Assembly (NCBI GenBank): GCA_002842095.1
Contig: PHCB01000006.1
Location: 3,814-67,813 of the forward strand
DNA from: a candidate division BRC1 bacterium HGW-BRC1-1
Lineage (GTDB): Bacteria; Sumerlaeota; Sumerlaeia; Sumerlaeales; Sumerlaeaceae
DNA length: 64,000 nucleotides
Direction of reading: 5' to 3'
Both the position numbers and the translations under genes were made by a program. Positions 40,919 to 50,244 of the stretch are shown in pieces. The notes under the pieces are model-generated. The model was not told the origin of the DNA. It saw only the letters and a program-made list of their open reading frames with translations, and ran no database searches. How positions within the stretch are numbered: position 1 is the first letter of the stretch; every line of letters begins with the position of its first letter.

Positions 40919-42118
40919 ATGATTTCTTCGATAATTCTCGCCGCCTCGGTGGCGGTGGCAGCCGTGTTTTCGGGCGGGCAGGTGACGCAGGATGATCTGA
41001 AAGCAGATGCATTCTTGCAGCGTGCACAACGACTCGATGAAACTCTGGAGCAGGCCACTGAGATGGCTCCGGTGGGGAGTGACGCGTACACCTCGGCCGT
41101 TCGGGCTATTGCGACCACCAAAATTCTGGCGGCTGCGGCCGGGGAACGGGGATTCCGGGCCGACGAGGCGGAGCGTAACGCTCGCGACGCAACCCGTCTG
41201 ATAGTTCTGCGCAAGATTTTCTATCTCGAACAGATAGCACCTCGGGTGCGCGATGCGCGGGCAGTCTATCTTCATCAGTTACAAAAAGCCCATGCGGAAA
41301 ACCCCGAGCTTTGCGAGGTTCCCGGAGAGTATTTCTTCCGTTATATTTTCATCGGCGATCCGAAGAGCAGCACGACTCCGCGTTGGGATGATCTGGAAAC
41401 CAGTGCGCTGGCGGTGCGCAAGAGGCTCGAAGCTCCCGGAGCGGATTTTGAGAAGATCGCCCGGGAAACGAGCAACTCGCAACCGCCTGAAAATCGCGGC
41501 ATGCTGCTGGGTCCGGTTACATCCCGGGGGATGGAATCGACCCGTACCCAGGCACTGGAGAAGGCGCCATTGGACGGTGTGAGCGAACCCTTCAAAACCA
41601 ACCGTGGCTGGATGATGGTGAAGATGGAGAAGCGTACGCCCCAGCGGATGCTCTCACCCGAGGAATCGTCGGAGACATTGGTCATGGCGCGCAAGCTACG
41701 GCGGTTCATGCCCGAAGCGGTGGAAACCAGCGTGACGCTGGAAGCTGTTGGAAAATACCCCCTTAAAATCGATGAGGCTGCTCTGTCATCGGATCCCGGC
41801 GCTGCCGACAAGGTGGTGGTGGAATCGCCCCTCTTCACTTTAAAAAACGGCGATATTTACGATAAGGTCTGGAAGAGCGTAAATCCTGTTCCCGAACCGA
41901 AGGATTTGTTGAGCGGCGCGGGAACCGTGGCCACACGAATGACAGTGGCCCGCATAGCCGAGAGAGACTTCGTGAGCCGGCAGCAGGTTTATGGCGATGC
42001 ATTGAAAACGATCGACGAAGCCACCGCCGCTGCCGCAGCCCGCCGCCTCGCCCCCGAGGTGCGCGACGGTGATGCGCTGCTGAAGGACAAGGGGTTCGAA
42101 ATTAAGGCGGGACGATAA
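40919..42118 (+). CDS. Parvulin-type peptidyl-prolyl cis-trans isomerase (SurA/PrsA-like periplasmic chaperone)
   Basis: N-terminal signal-like segment and helical chaperone region; PpiC-like motif …ADFEKIARETSNS…NRGMLLGPVTSRGM…PFKTNRGWMMVKMEKR. Confidence 0.55.
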   Translation: MISSIILAASVAVAAVFSGGQVTQDDLKADAFLQRAQRLDETLEQATEMAPVGSDAYTSAVRAIATTKILAAAAGERGFRADEAERNARDATRLIVLRKIFYLEQIAPRVRDARAVYLHQLQKAHAENPELCEVPGEYFFRYIFIGDPKSSTTPRWDDLETSALAVRKRLEAPGADFEKIARETSNSQPPENRGMLLGPVTSRGMESTRTQALEKAPLDGVSEPFKTNRGWMMVKMEKRTPQRMLSPEESSETLVMARKLRRFMPEAVETSVTLEAVGKYPLKIDEAALSSDPGAADKVVVESPLFTLKNGDIYDKVWKSVNPVPEPKDLLSGAGTVATRMTVARIAERDFVSRQQVYGDALKTIDEATAAAAARRLAPEVRDGDALLKDKGFEIKAGR

Positions 42119-42563
42119 AAGCGAAGCCTTTGGCACAAAGGCACGAAGGCACAAAGAAATGCAGGATGGGGCAAGGGCGTTCCGAGGCTGTTTGTGTTGT
42201 GAGATGACCAGCGCTCTATAAGCGGTACCATCCAAATGTGGGCCCGACGCCCTCGCCGCTCGCCGCAAGGCATTGTCTGCACGCCAAACCGTTTTTCCGA
42301 CGGAAGGATCTCTCGCAGGGCCGCAGGAACAAAACGGTTAGTTTATCCTTCAATCGGATTTTCTGGTGGGGGGTTCATCGCCGTTTGCGTTGTCAGATTC
42401 CGCCGCTCCTCCGGAGCGGGCTTTTAGGTGGGACGGTTCCGGGGGTTCCGGTCGCTGCGCTCCCTCCACCGCCCGGCTACTTGCCGAGCCCCCTCCGGGG
42501 GCACAAACACCATGACAGTTCACACCTGTCTGTATACAAAAAGCATATTGAGGACACAGCTGT

Positions 42564-42596
42564 CAGGCGACCGGCGAGGGCGCCGGTCCCACATTA
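42564..42596. repeat. R1 REP-like hairpin element, copy 4 (CAGGCGACCGGCGAGGGCGCCGGTCCCACATTA)
   Basis: Identical hairpin core to the copies at 3273, 7111 and 10219. Confidence 0.7.
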
Positions 42597-42666
42597 GTTG
42601 GTTCTGACAACCAAAAGGCCTCAGGCAAGCAGACGGGCAAATCATAAGGAGACCGATTTTCCCGGG

Positions 42667-42716
42667 CAAAAGAAAGCCCCCCGGAGCGGTGGCTTTTGGC
42701 CTGCCGCCCCGGGGGG
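42667..42716 (-). terminator. Rho-independent terminator-like hairpin (CCCCCCGGGG…22-nt loop…CCGGGGGG, then CTTTCTTTTG) downstream of gene 42767..44245
   Basis: Read on the minus strand directly after the stop at 42767. Confidence 0.5.
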
Positions 42717-42766
42717 AGGATAATTGTTACTGCTTCATGCTGCCGCGACTTGCGGCTGCGTGATGC

Positions 42767-44245
42767 TTAGTAGTTAAGCCACTCGTTCACGCCGGCCGTG
42801 ACGGCCATGGTGACGGTCGCAGGGGCCGGAGTGGTGTAGCTGTTGGCACCGGCGGGGGAATAAACACGCAGGTACTCCGCCGAGGAGTTGGACCCGTAGA
42901 AGTTTCCGGCAGCGTCAAAGGCGGCGTCGCGGGACGTGGTGCCGGTATAAGTGGCGCCAGCTTCATAGGCCACTGTGACTGTCGGGAACGTGCCGATCTC
43001 CAGCACCTTCATTCCAGCGGACACAGAATACACCAGTTTGGTGCCGTCGGGGCTGATATCCATGCCGCCCTGGGTGGTGGCCGCAAGGCCAACTCCGCCG
43101 GGTAGATTCGTGAAGGAGTTGAAGTCCACCGTCTGAGCAGGGGAGGTTGTGACGTGGATAAGAGCCGGAACCGCAGCGCCATCAGTGCTTCGATTCTGGC
43201 TGATCCACCAGCCGTTGTTTCCCGGCGCGATGGTGCTGTTCATGTTCTGCTGCAGGTTTCCAGCGGCGAAATCGTCGTAGGTGACGGTGGGGGCGGTATT
43301 GTAACCACTCGTCGCCGTGCCGATGGCGTAGCTGTAAAGGCTGCCTTTGCCCTCACCCAGGGTTGCGGCGGTGAGATCAAGGTCTTCATCGAGGGTGGTC
43401 ATCACACGACCACTTCCCGTGCCGGCCACATAAAGTCCACCAATGCTGCCGTGGAGGCCTGTACGCAAGCCGCCTGCGCCACGCACGATCGTCGAATCGA
43501 ACAGTTCCGAGAAGGCATTCGCAGGATTAGCCGCATCCATGATCCAGACGCCCGAGTGGGAATCTGACCAATCGCAGATGAACGGCGCGCCGTCAGGCGC
43601 TACACGAACACGGAAGGGGCTGGAATTGCCCACCCATGCGACGCCACCATTATAGGCGGTGTCCACCTGTCCGGTGATGTCCTGGAAGTCGTTCGACAAA
43701 ATGTAAACGCCATCCGTCATTGCAAGGCGCCCGTCGGCCGTGTTCACCGGCGTGGCGGCAACGCTGCCGGCATTGTTGACCACGTAAATCCGTCCGAAGG
43801 TCGCGTTGGCAGGGTTCTTGTCCACGGCCACACCATAAGGCGTGTAGAAGTTGAGGAACTTGTTGCCAGCGGGCAAGGGCCCCTCATCGCTGATCTTGGT
43901 GACAGCGCCATAGCCACTGGCGGCGGCGGTCACTTCGAAGGAATAGCTGCCGGCGGCCACATTGGCGGAGGCGTCATTCTTGCCGTCCCAAGCGACGGTG
44001 TTCAGACCCTTCAACTGCGACCCTGCGGCGATGGTGCGCACCACGGTGGTGGCGGGCAGCGGGCCCTTCACCTTCACGCTCACGCCGGTATCGGCGTTCT
44101 CGTTCAGGCGATAGCTGATGTTGTAGTTGTTACCACCCGTATTGGTGGCGGAAAGGTGCGCGGCGTAAACGTTTGCGTGACTGCTGGCGGCACTGCAAAG
44201 CAGCCCTGCCACAGCACACGAAATTGCGAAATGTTTGATGCTCAT
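42767..44245 (-). CDS. Secreted protein with an N-terminal FlgD-Ig-like domain followed by beta-propeller-like repeats
   Basis: Signal peptide MSIKHFAISCAVAGLLCSAASSHA. Ig-like domain SYRLNENADTGVSVKVKGPLPATTVVRTIAAGSQLKGLNTVAWDGKNDASANVAAGSYSFEVTA matches the FlgD Ig-like pattern (…G.H.F.WDG.D..G…G.Y.F.V.A). Confidence 0.5.
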   Translation of the reverse strand: MSIKHFAISCAVAGLLCSAASSHANVYAAHLSATNTGGNNYNISYRLNENADTGVSVKVKGPLPATTVVRTIAAGSQLKGLNTVAWDGKNDASANVAAGSYSFEVTAAASGYGAVTKISDEGPLPAGNKFLNFYTPYGVAVDKNPANATFGRIYVVNNAGSVAATPVNTADGRLAMTDGVYILSNDFQDITGQVDTAYNGGVAWVGNSSPFRVRVAPDGAPFICDWSDSHSGVWIMDAANPANAFSELFDSTIVRGAGGLRTGLHGSIGGLYVAGTGSGRVMTTLDEDLDLTAATLGEGKGSLYSYAIGTATSGYNTAPTVTYDDFAAGNLQQNMNSTIAPGNNGWWISQNRSTDGAAVPALIHVTTSPAQTVDFNSFTNLPGGVGLAATTQGGMDISPDGTKLVYSVSAGMKVLEIGTFPTVTVAYEAGATYTGTTSRDAAFDAAGNFYGSNSSAEYLRVYSPAGANSYTTPAPATVTMAVTAGVNEWLNY

Positions 44246-44658
44246 AAAAGCCCTCCAAGCTATAAGATGCAGTTCGATTGGATGCAAATCCCTTTGTGGG
44301 GAATCCTGACGATACCCTAACGTATCCGTTTGAAGAGAATGAAAAAGCCACCCGTCAACTTACGTCACGGCATTGCCAGCGTTTATCCAATGGCAAATTA
44401 TTGAACCATCAAGCAGGGCTGAGTCAACCTGCTTTTGGTCGGGGATTGCATATTTTTCTATTTTCGCGACGGGACGCGTCATTCTGACGGCTTCCTCAAA
44501 CGTGAGTCTGGGGCTACGCGCGGCAATTAGATTGATGGGAACCATGCAAAACGTCCTATGGGGATGCTGTACGGGGCGATAATGCCAGAAGCGGCGGTGG
44601 AGACTTCAGCAGTCCCCTGTCCTCTACAAGTCGACGCCTCGCCCCACTTTTTCTTCAA

Positions 44659-44698
44659 GTTGCGACCGGTGTGCAACCGGTGTGCAACCGGTGTGCAA
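44659..44698. repeat. Tandem 11-mer CCGGTGTGCAA ×3.6, the reverse complement of the TTGCACACCGG array at 32104
   Basis: Direct comparison. Lies in the 650-nt divergent intergenic region between the two FlgD-Ig-like paralogs. Confidence 0.75.
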
Positions 44699-44816
44699 GC
44701 CCCCCAAAACGCCCGCACTGATATTGACTTCCTTTGTGCCCATGCGCCTCGGTGATGCCTTTATCTATATCTGCGCAGGGCGGAGCAGAAAGCCTCCGAG
44801 GACTGTCATCTTTTCT

Positions 44817-44843
44817 TGACTTCCCCTCTCGCCCGATAAAAAT
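44817..44843 (+). promoter_or_regulatory. Putative sigma70-like promoter (TTGACT, then 15–16 nt, then TAAAAAT) about 55 nt upstream of gene 44896; AAGGAG ribosome-binding site at 44881
   Basis: Pattern match only. Confidence 0.3.
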
Positions 44844-44895
44844 GGTCGGATGATCGATTAAGGTTACCATCACCAAACCTAAGGAGTGAAGACGC

Positions 44896-46344
44896 ATGAA
44901 AAGATTACTTTTTGCAGCCTTGCTTGCGGGCGGACTTGTATCCGCGGCGCAGGCAGTCCCGTACGCGGGACAGATTCGCGTGAGCAGCTTGAGCGTGGCC
45001 CAGGGTGTCGGGCTAACGATCAACTACCAACTTAATGAAACCGCCGACAGTGTAGGTATCGAAATTCGCAATCTGTCGAACGTCGTTGTGGCGACTTTCA
45101 CCGGAACGGCCGCCCAAGGCGCCAATAGTGTGGCATGGAACGGCACTGCGGATAACGCTGCCGGTGCTGCCGTAACGGCCGGCAACTACCGCGTCCGCAT
45201 CACGGCCAACAAGAACGTTCCGCTGGGCTGGACGGAATTCGCGTCCAACCGCTCGGTGGGTAATTATGGTACGGCAACCATCCTGAACACGATATTCGAT
45301 GGCTATTCGGGCCGCTCCTTCATCCTCTCGCGCAACACAGACAGCCCGGCGTTTGGCTACGTGCTCGGTATCACCTCGTATCTCACGACTACCAACCATG
45401 CCGCAGCAGTCGTGTTTGATTCAGACCTCAGCATCTCCGCCGGCGACGACGGCTTCGCCTCGCGCAAACTGAAGGGCTTCGGCGACGGCGTGGCCATCAC
45501 GAACAACACCGCTTTCTGGGATGCCGTGATTGATCCCGATGATCCCACGCGCGTGTGGGCCACCGGTCAGGGTGGAGTTGGCGCTGGAGCCAATCAGACA
45601 GGACTCATGACCGCCAGCCCGATTTTGTCGGACAACCTTGTGGACGCGGATCCATTCGACCGTGCGGCTGTAATCCTGCCCCGTGGGTTGGAAGTAAAGA
45701 CTATCAGTGGCACCAAATACGCCTTCCTCACGGGTGGCACTGGTATCATCAACCGCGTGGTGATTGATGGCACCAACAACGTGCCGGACGTGGCAGCGGT
45801 GGATATTCTCGGTGTATCGGCAGTGTACTCGCGCGACGTTCGCTTCGATGCAGCTGGCAACCTCTACTACACCACGCGCGACGTCGCCGGTGGTAACATT
45901 TACCGCTGGGATGCAGCACTCGTGGCTTCCGCCGTGGCCGACAGCCTGACGCCTGCCAACGCCTCGTGGACCATCACGGGCACCGCTACTGCTGCCAACA
46001 TGATGAACGCTGCCATCGCTCCCAACGGCGACGTTTATACGCTGGCGGTTACGGGCACCGAGCGCGGTATCTATCTCGTTGGCAATATCTCCGCGCCGAC
46101 GCTGACCAAAACTCTGGCCCTGGCTGACCGCGTGGTCGATTACGTGGCCATCCCCTGGCAGCCCAGCACCGCCGGTGGACGCATTGCCGTGGATATCGCG
46201 GGCAACGTGTATGCCACGGATAACTCCGTGGAGCAGGTGCGTGCCTTCAGCCCCGGTGGCAACACCTCCCAGATTGTGGTTGCTCCCTCCAGCGAAACCT
46301 TCGCCGTGACGGCCGCCAACGTATCGGGTTGGGGCCTGTACTGA
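44896..46344 (+). CDS. Secreted protein with an N-terminal FlgD-Ig-like domain plus beta-propeller-like repeats (divergent paralog of 42767..44245)
   Basis: Signal peptide MKRLLFAALLAGGLVSAAQA; INYQLNETADSVGIEIRNLSNVVVATFTGTAAQGANSVAWNGTADNAAGAAVTAGNYRVRITA; shares …RFDAAGNLYYT… style repeats with the paralog. Confidence 0.5.
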   Translation: MKRLLFAALLAGGLVSAAQAVPYAGQIRVSSLSVAQGVGLTINYQLNETADSVGIEIRNLSNVVVATFTGTAAQGANSVAWNGTADNAAGAAVTAGNYRVRITANKNVPLGWTEFASNRSVGNYGTATILNTIFDGYSGRSFILSRNTDSPAFGYVLGITSYLTTTNHAAAVVFDSDLSISAGDDGFASRKLKGFGDGVAITNNTAFWDAVIDPDDPTRVWATGQGGVGAGANQTGLMTASPILSDNLVDADPFDRAAVILPRGLEVKTISGTKYAFLTGGTGIINRVVIDGTNNVPDVAAVDILGVSAVYSRDVRFDAAGNLYYTTRDVAGGNIYRWDAALVASAVADSLTPANASWTITGTATAANMMNAAIAPNGDVYTLAVTGTERGIYLVGNISAPTLTKTLALADRVVDYVAIPWQPSTAGGRIAVDIAGNVYATDNSVEQVRAFSPGGNTSQIVVAPSSETFAVTAANVSGWGLY

Positions 46345-46431
46345 TCAACTGACTTGCAACGGTAGAGAGGCGGGAGTGGCGGAAGCTGCTGTCGCCTCAC
46401 ACCGTTCGCATGGAATGTTACAATTAAGAAT

Positions 46432-46472
46432 CCCCCGCTGCCGGAAACCTGGCGGCGGGGGAATTTTTATTT
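46432..46472 (+). terminator. Rho-independent terminator for gene 44896..46344
   Basis: CCCCCGCTGCC-GGAAACCT-GGCGGCGGGGG followed by AATTTTTATTT. Confidence 0.65.
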
Positions 46473-46637
46473 GGAGGGGGATGTTTTCGGACGTTTCCGT
46501 TTGGGGATTCCGGTCGTTGCGTTACGTTTACAATCGCGTAACCCCGGTGACGTGCGCAGGGAGAACACGCAGGTCGGCCGGCCCCTTCACACCGTATCGC
46601 ATAGCGAATGCCAAATTGATCCAACCGGGCCGGAGAA

Positions 46638-47307
46638 TTATTGCTTCGCGGCGTCTTCCACACCCGTAAGGGATATTTGCGCTTTACGCATGAGACCACT
46701 GTACTCCTGCGCCGTGCGCGCCTGAGTCGCCAGTTCCACGTAATGGGTGAACTCGTCGAGATTATCGAGAACCACGCTTTTGGGGGAGTCGTCCTGGGAG
46801 GTGTCGGCCTCGATGCGTCCACGCAGTTGACCGGCCTGGTCTAACATTACGGCGGCTTTGTCGGCGGGCAGTTTCACGTCGTTGATAAGATCGAGATCAC
46901 GCAGGGTGGTGCGGATTTGGTCGGCGCCCGTGCGGGTGATGACAGCCGCCGACTTTTCGGTTTCAGCGGGTGCTGTGCGGATCGATGCCACGGCCGATGT
47001 GGGGATATCGGTGATGACCAGGGGCGGGGGTGTGGGGATGTCACCGGGGGGGGCGGCGGGGGGGGGGGGGGGTGCCGACGGGGGTGTCGGAGGGTGGCGG
47101 GAGGGTTGGGACGACGGGGGTGGCTACGATGTCGAGGGTTTCGGTGCCGGTGGCTTGGAGTTGTCCGGTGGCGTCGCGGGCGGGTTGTTCAACCGCGGGC
47201 GGGTTGGCGGCATCTTTGGGGGCGGAAGAACCGCATCCGGACAGGAGCAGGGCGCTGGTGCCACAGGCAAGAAGCCCAAGGGCGGTGCGGCGGAGATAAA
47301 GATTCAT
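46638..47307 (-). pseudogene. Lipoprotein with a Pro-rich linker and C-terminal domain, split into two ORFs by a frameshift at a G15/C15 homopolymer
   Basis: ORF 47041..47307 is MNLYLRRTALGLLACGTSALLLSGC (lipobox) …PPPPRRPPR*. ORF 46638..46991 (other frame) remains open and Pro-rich back through the homopolymer at 47058–47072, then gives a folded-looking C-terminal domain. Confidence 0.5.
47058..47072. repeat. G15 homopolymer (preceded by G8 at 47046–47053) inside the lipoprotein coding region
   Basis: Counted directly in the sequence. Confidence 0.8.
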
Positions 47308-47430
47308 GGTGGGGAATGGTCCTTTGATGAGATTTTGACAGGAAACTTAAGTTACCCTGCTCAAATTGGCAAGGGAATGTGTGAGGTCGATTGAGCACTT
47401 GTCCGGCGAGCAGGTGAGCAACCACTTGCC

Positions 47431-47476
47431 GGAAAAATAAGAGGCGCAGGCCGCCTCGCGAAAGGTAGCCTGCGCC
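47431..47476 (-). terminator. Rho-independent terminator for the pilin-like operon
   Basis: On the minus strand: GGCGCAGGC-loop-GCCTGCGCC followed by TCTTATTTTT. Confidence 0.55.
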
Positions 47477-47493
47477 TGCGGGGTTAACAACTG

Positions 47494-49590
47494 TCAGGGT
47501 TGGTGGCTCTTGGCGTATTCGAGCGACACGCGCTCGACGGCGGCTTCGTTGATGACGAGGAACATGGGCATGCCGGGCGGCGGTGTGGCGGCCTGCAGGC
47601 TGTTGTCCCACAGGTAATTACGATTGGGGGGAGAGTAGTAGGTGTGCCCGCTGTCATTACGCCAGGGCTTGATGCCAACAAGGCTCTCGTAGAGGCAGAT
47701 GAGCGAGCCGTTAAAAGTGTGCTTCTTGCCGCTCCAGTTTTCGAGGTAGCGCATGACGTTGTGAGCACCACCGCTCTGGGTGATGCGTTTGCCGGCGGCG
47801 TTAAATTTCGAGCCGGTCTGGCCCATCACTATAATGAGATTGGTGATCAAACCATCGCTACCGGAGGGAGGCACGGCGGTGGGGTTTTGCGAAACAGTAA
47901 CCCTGCCTCCGGTGATCGGATCGTTCGCGGTTCCGCTTCCTTCGCGGGTGTAGCCGGTGGGAAGCGACGAAGTAAGAGGGAAAGATTTGCTGGTATTGAG
48001 AGAGGAGCGTATTTCGTATATATCGCCCACCTTAACGGACACGGGGTAATCGAGCTTCAGTTCCTGGGACGTGACAGTCACCGCATCGGCCGCGAAGACA
48101 GCCGCGACTTTGCTGGTGCTGTTAATATTGCCGACTGTATAAAGGGGCCGGTCGGTTGCGAAAGTGAAGCCCGACTGCAGGTTGCGGGGTACGCTTGTGG
48201 CGTTCTTCACGCGGATGGCGGGCATGAAATCGTCGCGGCCGTATCCGCCCCAGTTCTGGGGCGAAGTCCAGTTGTCACCGGAAGCCGGAGTGGTGCTGGC
48301 ATAAAGCACACCATTTTGAAAGGTGAGATTCCGGGCGACGATTTTAGACATGTCGATGTCGATGGTGCGCACAACTGTTTCCTGCTGGCCATCATAGAAC
48401 TCACCGATAGTCCAAATGGGGTTGTTCCCATTGGCGTCGGTGTTGGAGACGACGTTGCCATTGGAATCCACTATTTTAATGGTGTCGGGATTGCCCGGGT
48501 TACCGGTAATCTTGAGGTCGGCCATGCTTTCAAACTTGAGTTCTTGCACCGCCTGGCTGTCGCCGGGTTGCAGACGGGCGATCATGTCAGAAGCCTCGCT
48601 GCCCACGGGAAGGGGTGGGTTGATGGTGCGCGTGGCGTGGGCTTGATCGCGCACAATGCCGCCCCAGCGGGAAATGGCGTCATTCTGCCAGTTGAGATCG
48701 AGACCATCGAGATATTTGTTATTGTTGGTGTCGAGGCTACTGCCAGTCCCGACATACATGTTCAACCAGTTACCGGCGGCGTTCTTGAACTTCACGTCAC
48801 CCAGGTTTGTGTATGATTCAAGGGGATAAATATATCCAGAGTCCTTGCTGGTTGCATTGATTTTCGTATTTGTGAAGTCGTTATAGGCCCGAATGCGACC
48901 CACGGACGAGACTCGACCCCAGAAGTTCAAGCCGCTTGAGGCACCCAGCCACAGTGTGCCGTTGCAGTGAACCGGTCCACGAACGTCCATCAGAGGACCC
49001 GGGTGAAGCTCCATGTCGGGGTTGTAGAAAATAGCGAACTGATAAAGGGGAACGTAGTCGAGGGTCACGATCTTGCGGGCGGCGATACCTTGCACGCCCA
49101 GCTTGTCGGCATTGGCAGAGTTCTCGCGGACAGCGGCGACAAGCTCATATTCAAGGCGCCCCGTGGAGTAGCCGTCCCAGCGATCGGCGGGATCGTCGAT
49201 GACGCGGAACTGGAGATCGTTGGGCCCGAGACTACGCACATAAACCGCGTCTTTGTTCCCGTTCTTTACCGGTTCGTACCCATAGAACGAAGCCGGGCGC
49301 ATGGCATTAACGATGCCATTAATCTGGTCCATGCGTCCGCCGGTCTGGGGCGGACGGTTGTTCATGACAAACTGAATATCCGCCGCCATGCACGAAAGCA
49401 CGGCGTGGGCTCCCGCGAGTGAGTTTTCCACCACACGGGTGCGGTAGAGGTTGGTCATCTGAGTGGTGGTCTGGTGGATCATCAACGCCACACCGGCACT
49501 GAGAACCAGAACGAACACGCATGCCGAAAGCAGGGACGAACCCCTGCGACGACGGGAACCGGGTTTGGTGCGAAGCGATAATTTTTTCAT
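47494..49590 (-). CDS. Large (698-aa) pilus/T2SS-associated protein with an N-terminal pilin-like TM anchor (GspK/PilX/PilY-like minor pilin or tip protein)
   Basis: MKKLSLRTKPGSRRRRGSSLLSACVFVLVLSAGVALM N-terminus without Glu+5; large Asn/Gly/Thr-rich beta domain; last gene of an operon with two prepilins. Confidence 0.35.
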   Translation of the reverse strand: MKKLSLRTKPGSRRRRGSSLLSACVFVLVLSAGVALMIHQTTTQMTNLYRTRVVENSLAGAHAVLSCMAADIQFVMNNRPPQTGGRMDQINGIVNAMRPASFYGYEPVKNGNKDAVYVRSLGPNDLQFRVIDDPADRWDGYSTGRLEYELVAAVRENSANADKLGVQGIAARKIVTLDYVPLYQFAIFYNPDMELHPGPLMDVRGPVHCNGTLWLGASSGLNFWGRVSSVGRIRAYNDFTNTKINATSKDSGYIYPLESYTNLGDVKFKNAAGNWLNMYVGTGSSLDTNNNKYLDGLDLNWQNDAISRWGGIVRDQAHATRTINPPLPVGSEASDMIARLQPGDSQAVQELKFESMADLKITGNPGNPDTIKIVDSNGNVVSNTDANGNNPIWTIGEFYDGQQETVVRTIDIDMSKIVARNLTFQNGVLYASTTPASGDNWTSPQNWGGYGRDDFMPAIRVKNATSVPRNLQSGFTFATDRPLYTVGNINSTSKVAAVFAADAVTVTSQELKLDYPVSVKVGDIYEIRSSLNTSKSFPLTSSLPTGYTREGSGTANDPITGGRVTVSQNPTAVPPSGSDGLITNLIIVMGQTGSKFNAAGKRITQSGGAHNVMRYLENWSGKKHTFNGSLICLYESLVGIKPWRNDSGHTYYSPPNRNYLWDNSLQAATPPPGMPMFLVINEAAVERVSLEYAKSHQP

Positions 49591-49641
49591 GATGCGTGAT
49601 GCCCTTTCCGTGGCACGCGACAGGCGCGGACCACAAACAAA

Positions 49642-50244
49642 TCAAATAGCGCCGGGTACGAAACTAACATTGATGACAAAAGCCTGATAGCCGGGACCTG
49701 TCTCCAGATCGTCCGTTTTACGGACGGCCGCATTGCGCGAAGTATTGCGGTCGCCGACGCGAACAATCAAATTTGCGAAGGTTCGGTCGGCGGTGTCGTC
49801 CTGCTGAAACACGGGCAGGGTCGCTCCACCGGAGGTGACCTGGGAGCAAAGCGACAACCTGACGCGGGCCCCGGTGTTGGTATCAGCGGTGACACGTTCG
49901 AGAATCTGATTATCGCCGATGGTGTTAAGGTTTCCGTCTCCGTTGGCGAAAACGTATTGTCTAACGCTGTTATCGGGGCGAATGAACTGCAGCATGGTGC
50001 CGCTGTTGAGCACACCCACCGATTGCGCTTCGGCAGCTTCGAATTCGAGCGTTTGCACGAATCGGCGGGCGCTCTCCTCCATGCGGGTGCGCGTGGTGAG
50101 GCTCTTGGCGGCGCGGGCGTAAATGACCATGGTGCTGGCCATGGCAATACCCGCCATGGCGAAGATGGACAGCGCCACGATCATCTCTGTGAGGGTTACG
50201 CCGCGAGTGCGCAAGCGGGTGAATGGCTTAGAGGCGGTTATCAT
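49642..50244 (-). CDS. Prepilin-type (type IV pilin / T2SS pseudopilin-like) protein
   Basis: Class III signal: …TRG|VTLTEMIVALSIFAMAGIA with Glu at +5. Confidence 0.65.
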   Translation of the reverse strand: MITASKPFTRLRTRGVTLTEMIVALSIFAMAGIAMASTMVIYARAAKSLTTRTRMEESARRFVQTLEFEAAEAQSVGVLNSGTMLQFIRPDNSVRQYVFANGDGNLNTIGDNQILERVTADTNTGARVRLSLCSQVTSGGATLPVFQQDDTADRTFANLIVRVGDRNTSRNAAVRKTDDLETGPGYQAFVINVSFVPGAI

